From: Ostrea edulis
Lineage: Eukaryota
Direction: 5' to 3'
DNA length: 64,000 nucleotides
NCBI RefSeq assembly: GCF_947568905.1
Contig: NC_079164.1
Span: 21,762,001-21,826,000 of the forward strand
Below, one piece after another: positions 1-12,204 of this stretch (position 1 is its first letter; each line of letters starts with the position of its first letter). Both the position numbers and the translations under genes were made by a program. The notes beneath the pieces were generated by a model, which saw nothing but the letters and a program-made list of their open reading frames with translations, did not search any database and was not told the DNA's origin.

Positions 1-523
1 GGCGGCCCCTAGACAACTTGCCACACTTTGCGTATACTTCATTTTCTTTCTGGCTACACGCCTGACATTCATGCAAAAAGTCTTTTAGCAATCGTATGTA
101 AACCTACGATAGGTATGGTGATCAAAACCAAACAAGTTCGACTGTACTCATTCAGGTAAATAGCAGATGATTGTGTGACTGAGGACTATCATAAAAACAT
201 GCAGTGTATACAGGACGACAAAGAAGAAAAAAGAAAAGATGAACTGAATACAGTGCTCATCGGGAAACTGACCAGACCAATTAGTAGACTGGATTTATGT
301 GTGTACCTCTTCATTTCTTAAATGTATAATGGAACTTCGAGGCAGAGGTGCATTGCTTTTTAAGGAATGGAGAAATACGACGATATTGACCTACTTAAAA
401 TCCACCCAAGTTTTAAATATTCAACCATAATTTTCTCACATTACATAGATATTTTTTTATGAATTACAAAAATACAATTAAATATCATATATGTAATGCT
501 ATGTTATGGGTCAGAATAAACCC

Positions 524-793
524 ATCCCATGGGCATCCGGGTGAGAATAGGTCTTTGAACAGTACCCCTTGCTTGTCGTAAGAGGCGACTAAATGGGGCG
601 ATCCTTCGGATGAGATCGCAAAAACAGGTTCTGTGTCACAGCAGATGTGGTACGATAACGATCCTTCCCTGCTCAATGACCGTAAGCGCCGAGTATATAG
701 GCGTAAATTTTGCAGCCCTTCGCGGCAATGGCAAAGTCTCCATATGAGTGAAAATTATCGAAAGGGACGTTAAACAATACACAACCAACCAAC
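524..793 (+). mobile_element. SINE, family A (non-tRNA head plus shared core)
   Basis: 12-bp TSD cagaataaaccc at 512-523 and 794-805. Core tgtgtcacagcagatgtggtacgataacgatcc...gggacgttaaac is shared with other SINE copies here. Ends in a (caac)n tail. Confidence 0.85.
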
Positions 794-2463
794 CAGAATA
801 AACCCTGTGATCATCAGAAATCAATTACAAAGAATTCAAAAGATTTAACAATTTATTTGTGCCTTCATTTCTAGAACGCACATTGTTGTGGCAAAACACT
901 TACCCGGTAGTGTAATGAACTAACAAACATCGTTCTAAAAATAGAAGGTCTAGAATCTTGTCTATGTATGGTGTCGATCAAATACAATACACAACAACTA
1001 GTACAGAGTTTTCTCTTATAAAACATCTACTGTTCAATTTTTCCTACAGTTGTCATCGTCCTCAAGATGGGTCAGTGGATAGAGCTACTGACTTCCATGC
1101 GAAAGGTTTGAAGTTCAAGTCAAGTTTATGCCTTTGGGTTTTAATATGAATTTATTAAAACATTTTGTTAAAAATCAAAAGCTCAATAGTGTCAGAGGGG
1201 TATTAAGGGAGAATCTGGACATTAAAAAATGATAAAATTGAAACCAGCAAAACACTAACTACGTGCTTGTCTGACTCATTCCAGCGCTTTTAACAATAGT
1301 GTGACATCACATGTGGAGTTTTAATACAAGTCCAATACAAGCAACACAAGACTTTGGATTCATCATAAAGTGCAATACAGACATCAGCTTTATATGAGAG
1401 TTTGGGTTAATATACAAGAGCAATTATACAAAACTTTGGATATATCTGAGAGTTCAATAGGAGAGTTTGGGTTTATATACAAATCCAATACAGGACTTGA
1501 TTTATCTGAGAGTTCAATACAAGACGGTAGATAGATGAAATACAAAGATAAAAGAAAATACAGTCGGAGTTTATAATTGTCTATTTTAACACGAGTGGGT
1601 CATCAGACTACAATTCATGATCACGTGTCTTTCGTGACAAGTTGAGAAGAGGGCCAATAGAAAATACTTATCCTGTACAAATCTTTCTCTGCTGATTTTA
1701 TTTAAAAGTACTTAAATAAATGTTATCATGTAAGACAATAACTTACCTTACCCTCAGACAACACCAAAGTTGTTTTTATACGAAACTGTGGTGCCGGCGA
1801 ATAACATAGGCAGTAGGATTACGTCGGTCTGCAGACACAGCACGAGAGGGTTTTCCCTTATTGTTCCCCACTATGTAATTAATTTTCTCTCTAAGTGCGC
1901 TATATCAGCAACTATACTATAATTAACTGTCTCATGATTTGATTGGTACATTTTATAAAAATGTATCGAAAATCGACTTTAAAAGCCGGTACACCAGCAA
2001 TGTCGCCTACCTCGCAGGTTTTCTGCGCAGACCTGACAAATTAATTATATACTGTGCCCCCCTGGGGACAGCAAAAGGAAGCCATTCAATGAAATCACCG
2101 ATATAATCACTACATGACATGTATCAACACAAAGTGGTAAATTACATCTGAAGTCATGACATATTCGAACAATACATGTGTAATTATGATAAAACCATAC
2201 ATAACTTTTTAGACATGACAGAGAGTGCGCACAAACTGCATATATCTATTGAACACATACGTTAAGGCGCTGATTATTTTATCCTTTTTGAAATAAACCT
2301 TATTAAACACACTTGACAGTATGATTTTTATAACGTAGATGTACCGAGTGCTCACTTCCGCTTGATGCTCCAACTACAATTCATTCCGGAAATTAATTAA
2401 TCATCGCTCTCCGTCACTTGGTTTTGTTTTTATGGTCCTAGACTCGGGAGTGTGACTTACAGG

Positions 2464-5400
2464 ATGACACCATTACAACTGATTGCTTTCGGTGAGGCGT
2501 TTTTCTTTAATGCATATTTGTTAATTACCACGATATGTAGGTGTTGATGTTGGTCGTTTAGAATTCGCATTTTTTCCTTCTAAATCTTAATCTATGATGA
2601 GGAAGTTTTTCTGACAAAATCCATATTATTTTTAGTGTTTATATATGAATTTTCTTTTCAAACTCTCAACAAGAAATGACCTTTCTGACATGTTTTTCTG
2701 TTTGTTATTTAAAGGTGTGTTGTTTCTTCGGTCAGATGCCCAGCCGTGGAATTGTGCTGCGGCCGAACGATGTGCTTTATCATTAGAACGAGATTTTGAA
2801 GAAACAATCGCAAATAAAAACGATTCTTTTACAATAAACTTCTGTTTGTAAGTGATTTATATACTGTACATCTAACTAGCATCTATGTATTCTTTTAATT
2901 TTAGAATGATCCTAAAATAATTTAAGTTAAATTCTATTTGAAAGAATACATCATTTACTCAGTTTTATATGAACAGGAAGAAAACAAAGGAATTCCGAAC
3001 TGTGTGTTTAACAAATGCCACCATTTCGTGTAAATGGGGCGGGAATGAAGATGAATATTATAGGTTGCAAGACTTGCAGAGAAAGTTCCAACAGAAGTGT
3101 TCCGAACGTGAGAGTTTTCTTTTTTTTAAAAATTAAAATAGGATAAAGTTAGCAAAACCATGGTTATGAACTGTACCCTGTATTCTTCTTTGCAGTATGT
3201 CCAGTGACAAAGGAAATTCAAGCGTGCTCCGGACTCGTGGACTACCCTGCATACATTAACAGGAAATTTCAAGATTTCTGCGAGTTCGTTCAGCATTCTT
3301 AATTAACACAATTTTGAAATTGCAAAAGTTGTAACTTAACTTTATCAAATAACCTGTATAACATTTGAAAACACCGCCACCGTATTTATCTTATCTATCA
3401 TGCGTCAAACAGAACTATATCCAAATAATTCTCATCATTTCTCAAGCTTCACTTTTGTTTTTCCACAGCTCTTACAAGCGAAGTGTCAACTGTAAAGACC
3501 AGGCGTTGGCAGGGGACACAAATTGTTCATTTGGAGAAAAATTGTACTTGCTGGATTTTGACCAGAATACGCTCCACGTGTTCAACTATATATGTAACTC
3601 TGGTGAGAGAAGTCATTGTCAACGCTGAATTACTATTACAAAAATTTGTTTCTTTAAAAAAACAACCACGATTTCTCTTCTAACATATACCCTTATGAGG
3701 TAAGGTAAATGAGTTTTTTAAAAAAAAAATTATTACTCGGACGTGTTCTATATAATGGTACTTAATTGTTCCAGGATGTGAGGACATCGACACAGCTTGG
3801 GCCGTGTTGGAGCGGTGCACATCCACCCATAACCTGGACAATGCCGCTCCCGGGTGCAAGTACTGTGTCTGGATATTCACTCAATCTATTGTCCAGTTAC
3901 TCTTTTCTGTAAAATTCTTACGACTATTTTTTTGTTTTGTTTTTTTTTGTTTGTCTCGGTGTTTCACTTAGATATAAGCGTCTAAATTCTGCAAGTAAAT
4001 ACAAAAGTTTAATCAACCATTTTAAAATACACCTTTGTACTCATTCTCTTACATTTACAATCGATGCATTGTAAAGAAATTTCACTGTTTAACAAAGTTT
4101 CATTTTGGGCGTAAGCTTTTATGAAAAGGGTCACTGCGTGATGATGCATCTTTTGTTTATTTACATGCATATGATATGATAAATCCTGTAAGCTAAAACG
4201 ATCCACTCGTGCTGGATACTGTAATCCATGTATCATGTACTAATCTACAAGGCATATAAAGATTTTCGATGGTATTTCAATTTTATAAGTCTTGGTTACA
4301 AGAATTTTTTTTTCTTCTTTGCACAGAACATATCAAGACTTGGAGCTGTGTTTGTCAACCAGTAAATCCTGTCCTCAGATTCATATGATGGCACCTTATT
4401 TCGCGAGGAAGTATACGGAATATATGAGCATATGCCCCCTACCCATGCCTGTCAGAACATCTACTACGACTCCCACACCTGTCCAGACATCTACCGCTTC
4501 ATTGGAGCAGGAAACAACATTGGATTCAGAGCCAGACGAATATTTAACCGTAAAAGACCTGATAACAACAGTCGTTTCGACAATACATTCCGCAATAATA
4601 ATGTCATCCAGCACTAAGGGTAAGATTTATGAAGATCGAGTTCGGTCAAAGGATTATAACAGATTCACTTACAGTTCGTCTTTTTAAAGAAAAAGGGACA
4701 GAAAACGAGTGTATAGAATGTCAGGTGTGATTTAGCTGATAAACTGAACAAGCATGAAAACAACAGAGTAGATACTATTTATTGATAACCCCGCTAGTTT
4801 CCCGGTTAATTTGATTTCATTCATTCTTCTTTTGTCCTAAATCAATAGAAAGATCAATAGCCCTGAGTAGGTGATTGTGCTGATCAATTATCAGTTCATT
4901 GAAACGCATAAGTGCACATTTTTCCATTGCCGTTGTGGGTGTGAATTTCAAGGTGTAGTTTCGTTTTTTGGCATATCATATATATAGATGAAGTTCCCAT
5001 ACATTTGCTCCCAGACTTGTAAAAATTCTTCCCGATTTTGATTGATGGCAAGCAGCTGAGGCCCTGACATGACGTCACCACGTGTGACAATAATGGTCAA
5101 CAGATGGCCATCAGGTGTAATTTGATGAACATTTTGAGATTTATACCCGGCAACGTAAACGAGGCGATCGCCGCGACCCAGTGCCACACCATAAGGGCAA
5201 ACCAGATCTCCGTGACTATATTTAAAGAGTTCGTGACCAGTTGTTGATAGGCAGTGAAGAGAACTGTCACTCTGCACTGTGTAGTATAATCTGTCTTTGG
5301 CTGATAAACAAATACAAAGTATTTCAACACCTGAGATAGGAATTGTGCGGACGGACGTTCCATTAAACAATTTTACTTCTGTTTCACAAACGATGACCAT

Positions 5401-8400
5401 CTTGTTGTTTGTATTGCATATTTGACGGCAATGCCCCCGAATTTTCATATCTTTGGCCATAGAAAAGTCTTTGTTGTCTATGAATTGAATAATTTGCTCC
5501 GCCGGGAAAGTAACTGCTGATTCCAGCTCGGAGAGCACGGCTATTCCGCCTGGCTGGCATCTTAAGCGTATCTCCTTTTCCAGTGAACCTTTACTTGTGT
5601 AAACATACAAGCGCCAATTCTGGTCGTTACTGGCAATCAACATAATTCTTCCATCTGGTAAAAACGTTGCATCGATGATCTTTAGCTTGTTGACATATAT
5701 TGTTTTCGATAGATCCGCCTCTTTGACCCCGATGAGATCACTTGCTGAGAGAGACAACTGCAGAAGTTCTGATTCTAGACTTGATCTTCTGGATTCGTTT
5801 CGGTCCGAGTAACTTTCGTTAAGTTCGATTCTTCTGCTGCTTGATGATATGTCAAGGTCAATAGACTGGAATGACGTCATGGGAGATGAACGACGTGACG
5901 CACGTGGGGTGGACGTAACATACGTCGTATAGGGCGTTTCGATGTTAGGATAAGGCGATGTTTTGACCGTGATGTCAGCAATTGTCGTCAAATAATGCCT
6001 GAAATTGGTTGCGGGGGAGCTCAGACTAAAGCTGAACTCAATACGTTTTGTAGAATTTTTCTGTCTTTGTAAATGATCTTCATGTTCCCGAATCTGGCGT
6101 TTCAATTTGTTCATTTCCAAAAACAGTTTATAGTCCGTCCCATGTTTCACGCACGTTTGTAATACCTTCTGGCAATTGGTAATTGCTTTTTCGCGATTTT
6201 GTAACTGTTCCACCTGTGCGTTCATATCAGCGAGATTTTCATTATAAATAACGTTCATGTTCTTTTTGCAACGCTGCTCCAACTCATCAAGATGCCGATT
6301 GATATCTTGTCTTAATTTTGAAATATCGTTCTCCATACGTTGATGCTGTTGAGTAAAATCGCTGATATTTTCCTTCCGATCACGGATAATTTCTTGAATT
6401 TCACAGTTGGCATGTTTCAGTTGGTTGCCAAGGTGTGCTATTTCGCCGCTCTCGCGGATTCCATGGGCCATTTCCTCAATGGAAAGTACGGAATCACATT
6501 GTTTGTGACTCGATGTGACACATATGATACAACATAAAGCCTCGTGATACTTACACAACATCTCTACACGTTTATCTTGGTGATGGGCACAAAATTCCTC
6601 ATCTGTGAAACGAAATAGTATTGGTTCTTCTTCGAGGTCCTTAACGTTGAACATGCGATGATGTTTCAAAGATTTGTTTGTCTTGTGGTAATTTGAACAA
6701 GTGTTACATAATGCTTCCTGGCATTCGCTACACCACGATTCGGCCTTGATGACATCTCCCCGAGATTTACATCCGTCGCAAGTCTCAGATTTCTTCTTTA
6801 TCTTATGCTTTTCTATTAAATTATTGATCATTGTGTTATCTGGTAAATTTCTTGCCCATACTTTTGGGTCTTTGTCGGAACATGGCACAAACATTTTACA
6901 AACTGGACAGTTGAAACCACTTTCTGACCCCGAGTGTTGAGGATTGCGGCGGAACGCCTTTTGCATTGAATTCACGTAGATATCTATACATTGTTCACAC
7001 ACTGTATGCAAACAAGGGAGGTACTTCGGATGAGTAAAACTTTCCAAGCACACTGGGCAGTGGGTGACGCTCTTACTTTCGCTATCACTGCTGTCCATGT
7101 TAAGGTGTCTATCTCTCGAAATCGTAAGAGTAAATGAACAATGTTAAACGCGTCAACAAGTCAAAATTCGTTTTCTGTCCCTTTGTACTTTTTTTTTTCT
7201 TTGTGGTCATTGGTTTTCAATAACCATCAAATGTTTTTTAAAGAATTGAAATGACACAGTGAAATGATTAGCTAAACGAAACCTAAACAGGTCATATATA
7301 TAGAGAGATACATAAAAGAATTGTTTATTTGATCGTATATGTGTATGTTATTTTAACTATGTGTTTTAAATGCCTCTTCTTGCAGCTTTCTTAACCTCTT
7401 CAAAGCTTTCAAAGTATATCTCCTTTCCTTTTAAATGAATTGTCTAACTGCATTGTGTGCACCTATTAACATTAATTGTATTTCTGTACGGTGGTTTTAC
7501 TGGCTCTTTCCTGTTTCCGTCTTTCACGATTATAATCAATTACTACGTATAATTCTCCCATCATATGTTTGTGAGCTTTTTGTGGCACTTTCTTACAGTT
7601 ATTATCAATTTTATTTCACACCAATAACCAATCTGCAAAATGAGTAGTCCGACACTAAATCAATCGCGTTTTTCTTCATGAACCTCGAATACCAAAGGTA
7701 AGTTGTTCCAATCTATCTATACACCATAGAAATAGTGGTTAAAGTGTTTTTCAAATAACATTTTAAATTCGAAAAAGAGTCTCTCAGAAGTGCATTTTGT
7801 CTGATCATCACAACATTCTACCTAAATCATTAAAACTTTAATTCATTACTTTTCTTGACGAGCTAAAGATTGTTCTTTACTTCTTCATAGTTTTTTCTTC
7901 ATAACATTCAATCACCAAATGTACCTTGATTGCATTTCAAAAATAAGATGTCGTCTGCTGTTTCAGATATCAGTACCGGACTTGAATTTGGAGAATGTCT
8001 GACCTCTGTAGCGCCGTTAGGGCTGCTGTATGGTACAGTCAGGTAACGATGTTTGATATATACAACCCGTCATTAGGACGAATGCTGTTTCATGTCAATT
8101 GTTAGGTCATCCGTTGCATATCAATTTTGAGGACGGATTACTTCACTTATCTGATCAAGATATCGGGCTCACGGCGGATGTGACCCGTCAACAGGGGATG
8201 CTTATTCCTCTTAGGCACCTGATCATCAGGTATGCACAGGAATCCGTGTTTCCCGTACTCTTGAATTTGTATTCTTTGTAGGAATTATGAGATTGATCAC
8301 CGTTCGTAATCTTCACATTTTCATTAGATATTTGGTACATTCCAAAAACCGCTAAAGATATACTAGATGAAACCCCGCGCAAGCGCAGGAAAACAATTAA

Positions 8401-10443
8401 ATACATGCAATATTCATTTATCGCAGAGAGGAAGGACTTCCTTAATGCGTGTTTGAATTGTTGCGCACATGAATTGAATGAACGATATCTTTAATTCAAA
8501 TGAATTTAAGAACAATCTTTTAACCATTGCGTGCATTAGTTATGTTATATTTATTGTTATCATTGGGGAAAAACTGACTTAGATCCGCCACTTCACTTTT
8601 GTTTTTGCTATTTCAGGGTAGTTTATCGAAAACGAAAGTAGGTTTTTCATTAACATTACGATATTTACTAATCAAGTAAGATTCAATTATAAAGCTAACG
8701 GACTTCACCTCACATATGAAACAATATTAAAGGTGCAAGCAGTAACTCTGGAGCAAGCGTTTCGAGGTTTATTGGCAAAAGTTGTTAATTCTTACTTATA
8801 GATTTTCCATCTGTGTATATGACTATTTTCCTATAAATAAAGATGTGTAACTAAACATTATACTTTTGCATGCAATTGCAGTGATTTGTGTGATAGTGTA
8901 CGGTGTCTGAAAAGAAAAGGCATGGTTCCGGATGAGATATCTTCAGTGAATTTACAAAAAGATCTGAAAGAAAACTTGATAGCTGCTTGGGACTCCTGTG
9001 GTATAACAATTACAACTTCATTAATTTATTCGAGTATTAATTACCAGTTGCGGTAGCTCAGTGGTAGAGCGTTCACTTTGTAACTGGGAAGTCGTGAGTT
9101 TGAGCCCCGCTCGTGCCATGGCCGCGTCAAACCTACATGTGTAAGACGTAAATCTAGGTATAGTGATTGCTCCTTCACCAAACGCTCGGCATTTAGAAGT
9201 GAGAATCACGGGTCTTTCGGATATGACCTTAAAACTGAGGTCCCGTGTAGCGACAGGCGTTGGCATGTTAAAGATCCCTCACTGCTACGGCCCTGAGCGC
9301 TAAGCGTAGGTCTAAATGTGTGCTACTTCAGCTACAGTCTCAATATGAGTGAAAAATTCACGACGGGACGTAAAAAAAAACCCCAATCAATTAAATACTA
9401 TATTTTAGTATTGTCCATACTTTTATAGCATTTATTGGCATGAAACCTCTCTGTTATTTCAGTATCTCAGGATTGTTTTATTTATTAATGAATGGTGAAT
9501 TTGTAATGATTTCAACATCTGTGTTTGTTGAATAATGTATGTTCTCTAAAAACATTTAACAATCTTCCCTTGAAGTAATGTTCTTTTCATTAAATGTAAC
9601 ATTCTATAATCATACAAGTGGAAGACGGTTATAGAAGAAAAGAAACACCAACAGAAAACCCGATCCTCATTTCAAAAATAGTAGAAAGTGGAAATGCAAC
9701 ATCCGATATGACGTCATCTATTCTTGTCAACAAAAATATCGACGATGTGAAAGGTGTAAGCACTGCAAATGGCGTATATTTGTCATCAACTGTGACGTCT
9801 GCATCCACAGCAACTGTACCATCAGATGAAATCAGTAATGCGATGGGTAACACGATTGTGTTTCCCACTAAATCCCCAGCGACAGGTAACCCAGCATTGG
9901 TCGGACGAAAAAGCACAGACGAGATTATTCTGGAAATATCTGATGAAGAAAGTGAACTTCCCGTTGTCAGTTTCGACACACAACCCGAATCTTCCACATC
10001 TAATGGTAAAACCGGTAGACTAACAACTAACCCTTTCCTACACGTAAAGACTTCTCTGAGGCCTATCAATCCTACTCTTGGATATGAATCTACGACTCCT
10101 TCATTAGGTATGCGCATGAAATCCTAACTAGACATTTTTGTCGGAGCTGGCTTATAAGAATATATCTTATGATCAGATTAAATTTAAATCATAATAATGA
10201 TGATGTATTTTCAAGAGATACAAAGTCGGTCAAAGACCACGATCACGACATCTGGACCTGAACTTAGCCAGGGACTACACAACGGTACGTTCATATTTGA
10301 AATAAGAGTTTTGATGATCTGTTATGTAATCTTCAATCAGTGTTGATGCGTTATTTTATTTTACAGGTTCTCCCAGTGTCAGTTCCTTGGACATTGTTTT
10401 GTACGTGACAGCATTGATCAGCGTCTGGTATGCTGTGTTATAG
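2464..10443 (+). CDS. Gene A: secreted, putatively GPI-anchored Cys-rich modular protein with Ser/Thr stalks (about 573 aa)
   Basis: Exons 2464-2491, 2715-2847, 2977-3107, 3196-3283, 3469-3602, 3775-3859, 4327-4619, 7967-8042, 8882-9000, 9619-10107, 10216-10284, 10367-10443. All introns are GT-AG and phase-compatible, total 1722 nt with no internal stop. N-terminus MTPLQLIAFGVLFLRSDA-QPWNC looks like a signal peptide; C-terminus HNGSPSVSSLDIVLYVTALISVWYAVL* looks like a GPI signal. The donor at 3284 (gttcgt) and the acceptor at 9618 are weak. Confidence 0.8.
4948..7098 (-). CDS. TRIM-family E3 ligase (RING, B-box1, B-box2, coiled coil, NHL-like beta-propeller), single coding exon, 716 aa
   Basis: RING CPVCLESFTHPKYLPCLHTVCEQC...CPVC; B-box1 CDGC...WCSECQEALCNTCSNYH...HH; B-box2 CAHHQDKRVEMLCKYHEALCCIICVTSSHKQC; heptad region; C-terminal YGVALG-type repeats. 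AATAAA on the minus strand at 4778-4783. Confidence 0.95.
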   Translation of the reverse strand: MDSSDSESKSVTHCPVCLESFTHPKYLPCLHTVCEQCIDIYVNSMQKAFRRNPQHSGSESGFNCPVCKMFVPCSDKDPKVWARNLPDNTMINNLIEKHKIKKKSETCDGCKSRGDVIKAESWCSECQEALCNTCSNYHKTNKSLKHHRMFNVKDLEEEPILFRFTDEEFCAHHQDKRVEMLCKYHEALCCIICVTSSHKQCDSVLSIEEMAHGIRESGEIAHLGNQLKHANCEIQEIIRDRKENISDFTQQHQRMENDISKLRQDINRHLDELEQRCKKNMNVIYNENLADMNAQVEQLQNREKAITNCQKVLQTCVKHGTDYKLFLEMNKLKRQIREHEDHLQRQKNSTKRIEFSFSLSSPATNFRHYLTTIADITVKTSPYPNIETPYTTYVTSTPRASRRSSPMTSFQSIDLDISSSSRRIELNESYSDRNESRRSSLESELLQLSLSASDLIGVKEADLSKTIYVNKLKIIDATFLPDGRIMLIASNDQNWRLYVYTSKGSLEKEIRLRCQPGGIAVLSELESAVTFPAEQIIQFIDNKDFSMAKDMKIRGHCRQICNTNNKMVIVCETEVKLFNGTSVRTIPISGVEILCICLSAKDRLYYTVQSDSSLHCLSTTGHELFKYSHGDLVCPYGVALGRGDRLVYVAGYKSQNVHQITPDGHLLTIIVTRGDVMSGPQLLAINQNREEFLQVWEQMYGNFIYIYDMPKNETTP
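8066..8330 (+). mobile_element. Interspersed repeat, probable 3' remnant of a Penelope-like or other non-LTR element
   Basis: Motif ggcggatgtgacccgtcaacaggggatgcttattcctcttaggcacctgatc...gattgatcac recurs inverted at 25838-25980. The family assignment is from recall only. Confidence 0.5.
9044..9394 (+). mobile_element. tRNA-headed SINE, family B
   Basis: A box tagctcagtggtagagc, B box gagtttgagccc, shared core gtcccgtg...ggcatgttaaagatccctcactgct, A-rich/caat tail. Homologous to 55972-56297 and 57750-58097. Confidence 0.85.
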
Positions 10444-11854
10444 GATTTCAAAACAAGAAGACGATGATAAACTGTGATAATTGATAATTTACATTTGGTG
10501 CCAAATGAATTCTTCCTTCGTGAAATTTCACTTTGTTTATTTATTTTACATCCAGAAAGCGGTACTTTATACGATGTACATGATACATATGTTGATACGA
10601 TGTTTATACAAGATGGTACACGTAATACCATGTTCATACAATGATAAAACGATGTTCATACTACATATGGTAATACGATATTATGTTCACATTGTTGTCT
10701 GTTCAACAAAACCATATTGTGTCATGACTAGAAAACTGACACGGTCAGCAAGGGCCCCGCTGAGGGTTATTAGAGGAAAGTGACATCTGTATTTGATATA
10801 GCAATGTTTGGGGCTGGTATATATGTTCGAATTAATAATATATAAAGATACATTGGAATGCCAATTTGTGAAAAAGAAATCATGAAGCATATTTTTGAGA
10901 GACTTATGCAATTTAAATTACTTTTGTTTGACACACACTCATCCACTCAAATACAACAGAGTGCAACAAAATCCCATTGTAATAGGGGATTCAAAATGGA
11001 TAACTGGTACAAAATATGGTACATACTATTCGAAAAGGATTATGAATTTGAAATATTGATGTCTTGGAAAAGGAAATTCTGACATCGGGACTCTAAGCGT
11101 TTTCAAACACATTGCCATTTGATAAAAGTGTTCTACATTTTTAAAAATAGAGATTAATATGTCTTTACATGAACTTGTAAATTTTATTTTTCATCTATCT
11201 TTTGGATAATCACTCTTTTATGATTTATGTATATGAACTTTGTATTTTTTTATGCCCTCTGGGCCCAAAATTGGAAATAAATTACTTACTTACATAGGTG
11301 AGAAAGTTTCCATTATTCCTAGCCGAGAGATACCATGTATGCGCAAAAAATTTATAAGCAAATATCAAAATACTCACGTAGAAAATGTGGACCTCAGCGT
11401 GAACAAATGCAGTGAAACACGCCATTTCGAGATTTTCGCCGACGAAAGCTCGGTAACAGTAGTGAATAAGGTACACTCATTTTGTATCTATTTTGTGACT
11501 TTCTTTATTAAAAGGAACAGTTCTCTAATGTGTAACATGCAATTACTACATAATTCAATAACTTGAAGCATGAAGCAGTTTCACTTTGCAACCGGATATA
11601 AGAAATTTTATTTCGAATTCCGATCCCGATCGAAAGTTGTTGACTGGGAACGACGTGTTTTAATTCAATATACATGTAACATCAAGCATTTTTTATATCA
11701 CATTAAAAAAAAACCACATACACAATGTTGTAGAGTTATTTCTTGTAAATTTTCTATATATCAATACAATGCATATCATAATTCAAATTGAATTATCTCC
11801 CTTAGACAGTGGTAAATAAATACGGTCATAATAAGAAAGATTATGACATTCAAA

Positions 11855-12200
11855 CAGACAGACAAAGTGACATGACTCCAAAATCTATAGGTATCTTCCT
11901 CTTATTGTAAAGTATTTCGGTACAAAATTTGAAAACTGTACAATGAAAACTGTTTGAGTTATTGTGTCACAAAGAAAGTGTTCATAATAACAAAGATCAT
12001 GCCATACAGACAGACAGACAAAGTGAAATGACCCCAAAATATATAGGCTTCTTCCTCTTATTGTACATTATTTCTGTACAAAATTTGAAAACTGTACGAT
12101 AAAAACTGTTTGAGTTATCGTTTTACAAAGAAAGTGTTGACGGACGAACGGACAATGTGATTACTAGAGGGCTTCCCGCATTTCATGCAGGGTCATAATA
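11855..12200 (-). mobile_element. Helentron/pearl-like non-autonomous element with two ~155-bp core repeats
   Basis: Two tandem copies of acagacagacaaagtga...tttgagttat...caaagaaagtgtt followed by a gacggacgaacggac microsatellite and a terminal motif. Confidence 0.55.
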
Positions 12201-12204
12201 ATCT

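Noticed and set aside
8170-8330. HDV-like, twister or hammerhead ribozyme in the Penelope-like repeat
   Set aside because: I could not assemble the required helices or catalytic cores by hand, and found no CUGANGA...GAAA core in a stem context.
9629-10117. 162-aa minus-strand ORF
   Set aside because: Antisense shadow of the gene A stalk exon, with no recognisable motifs.
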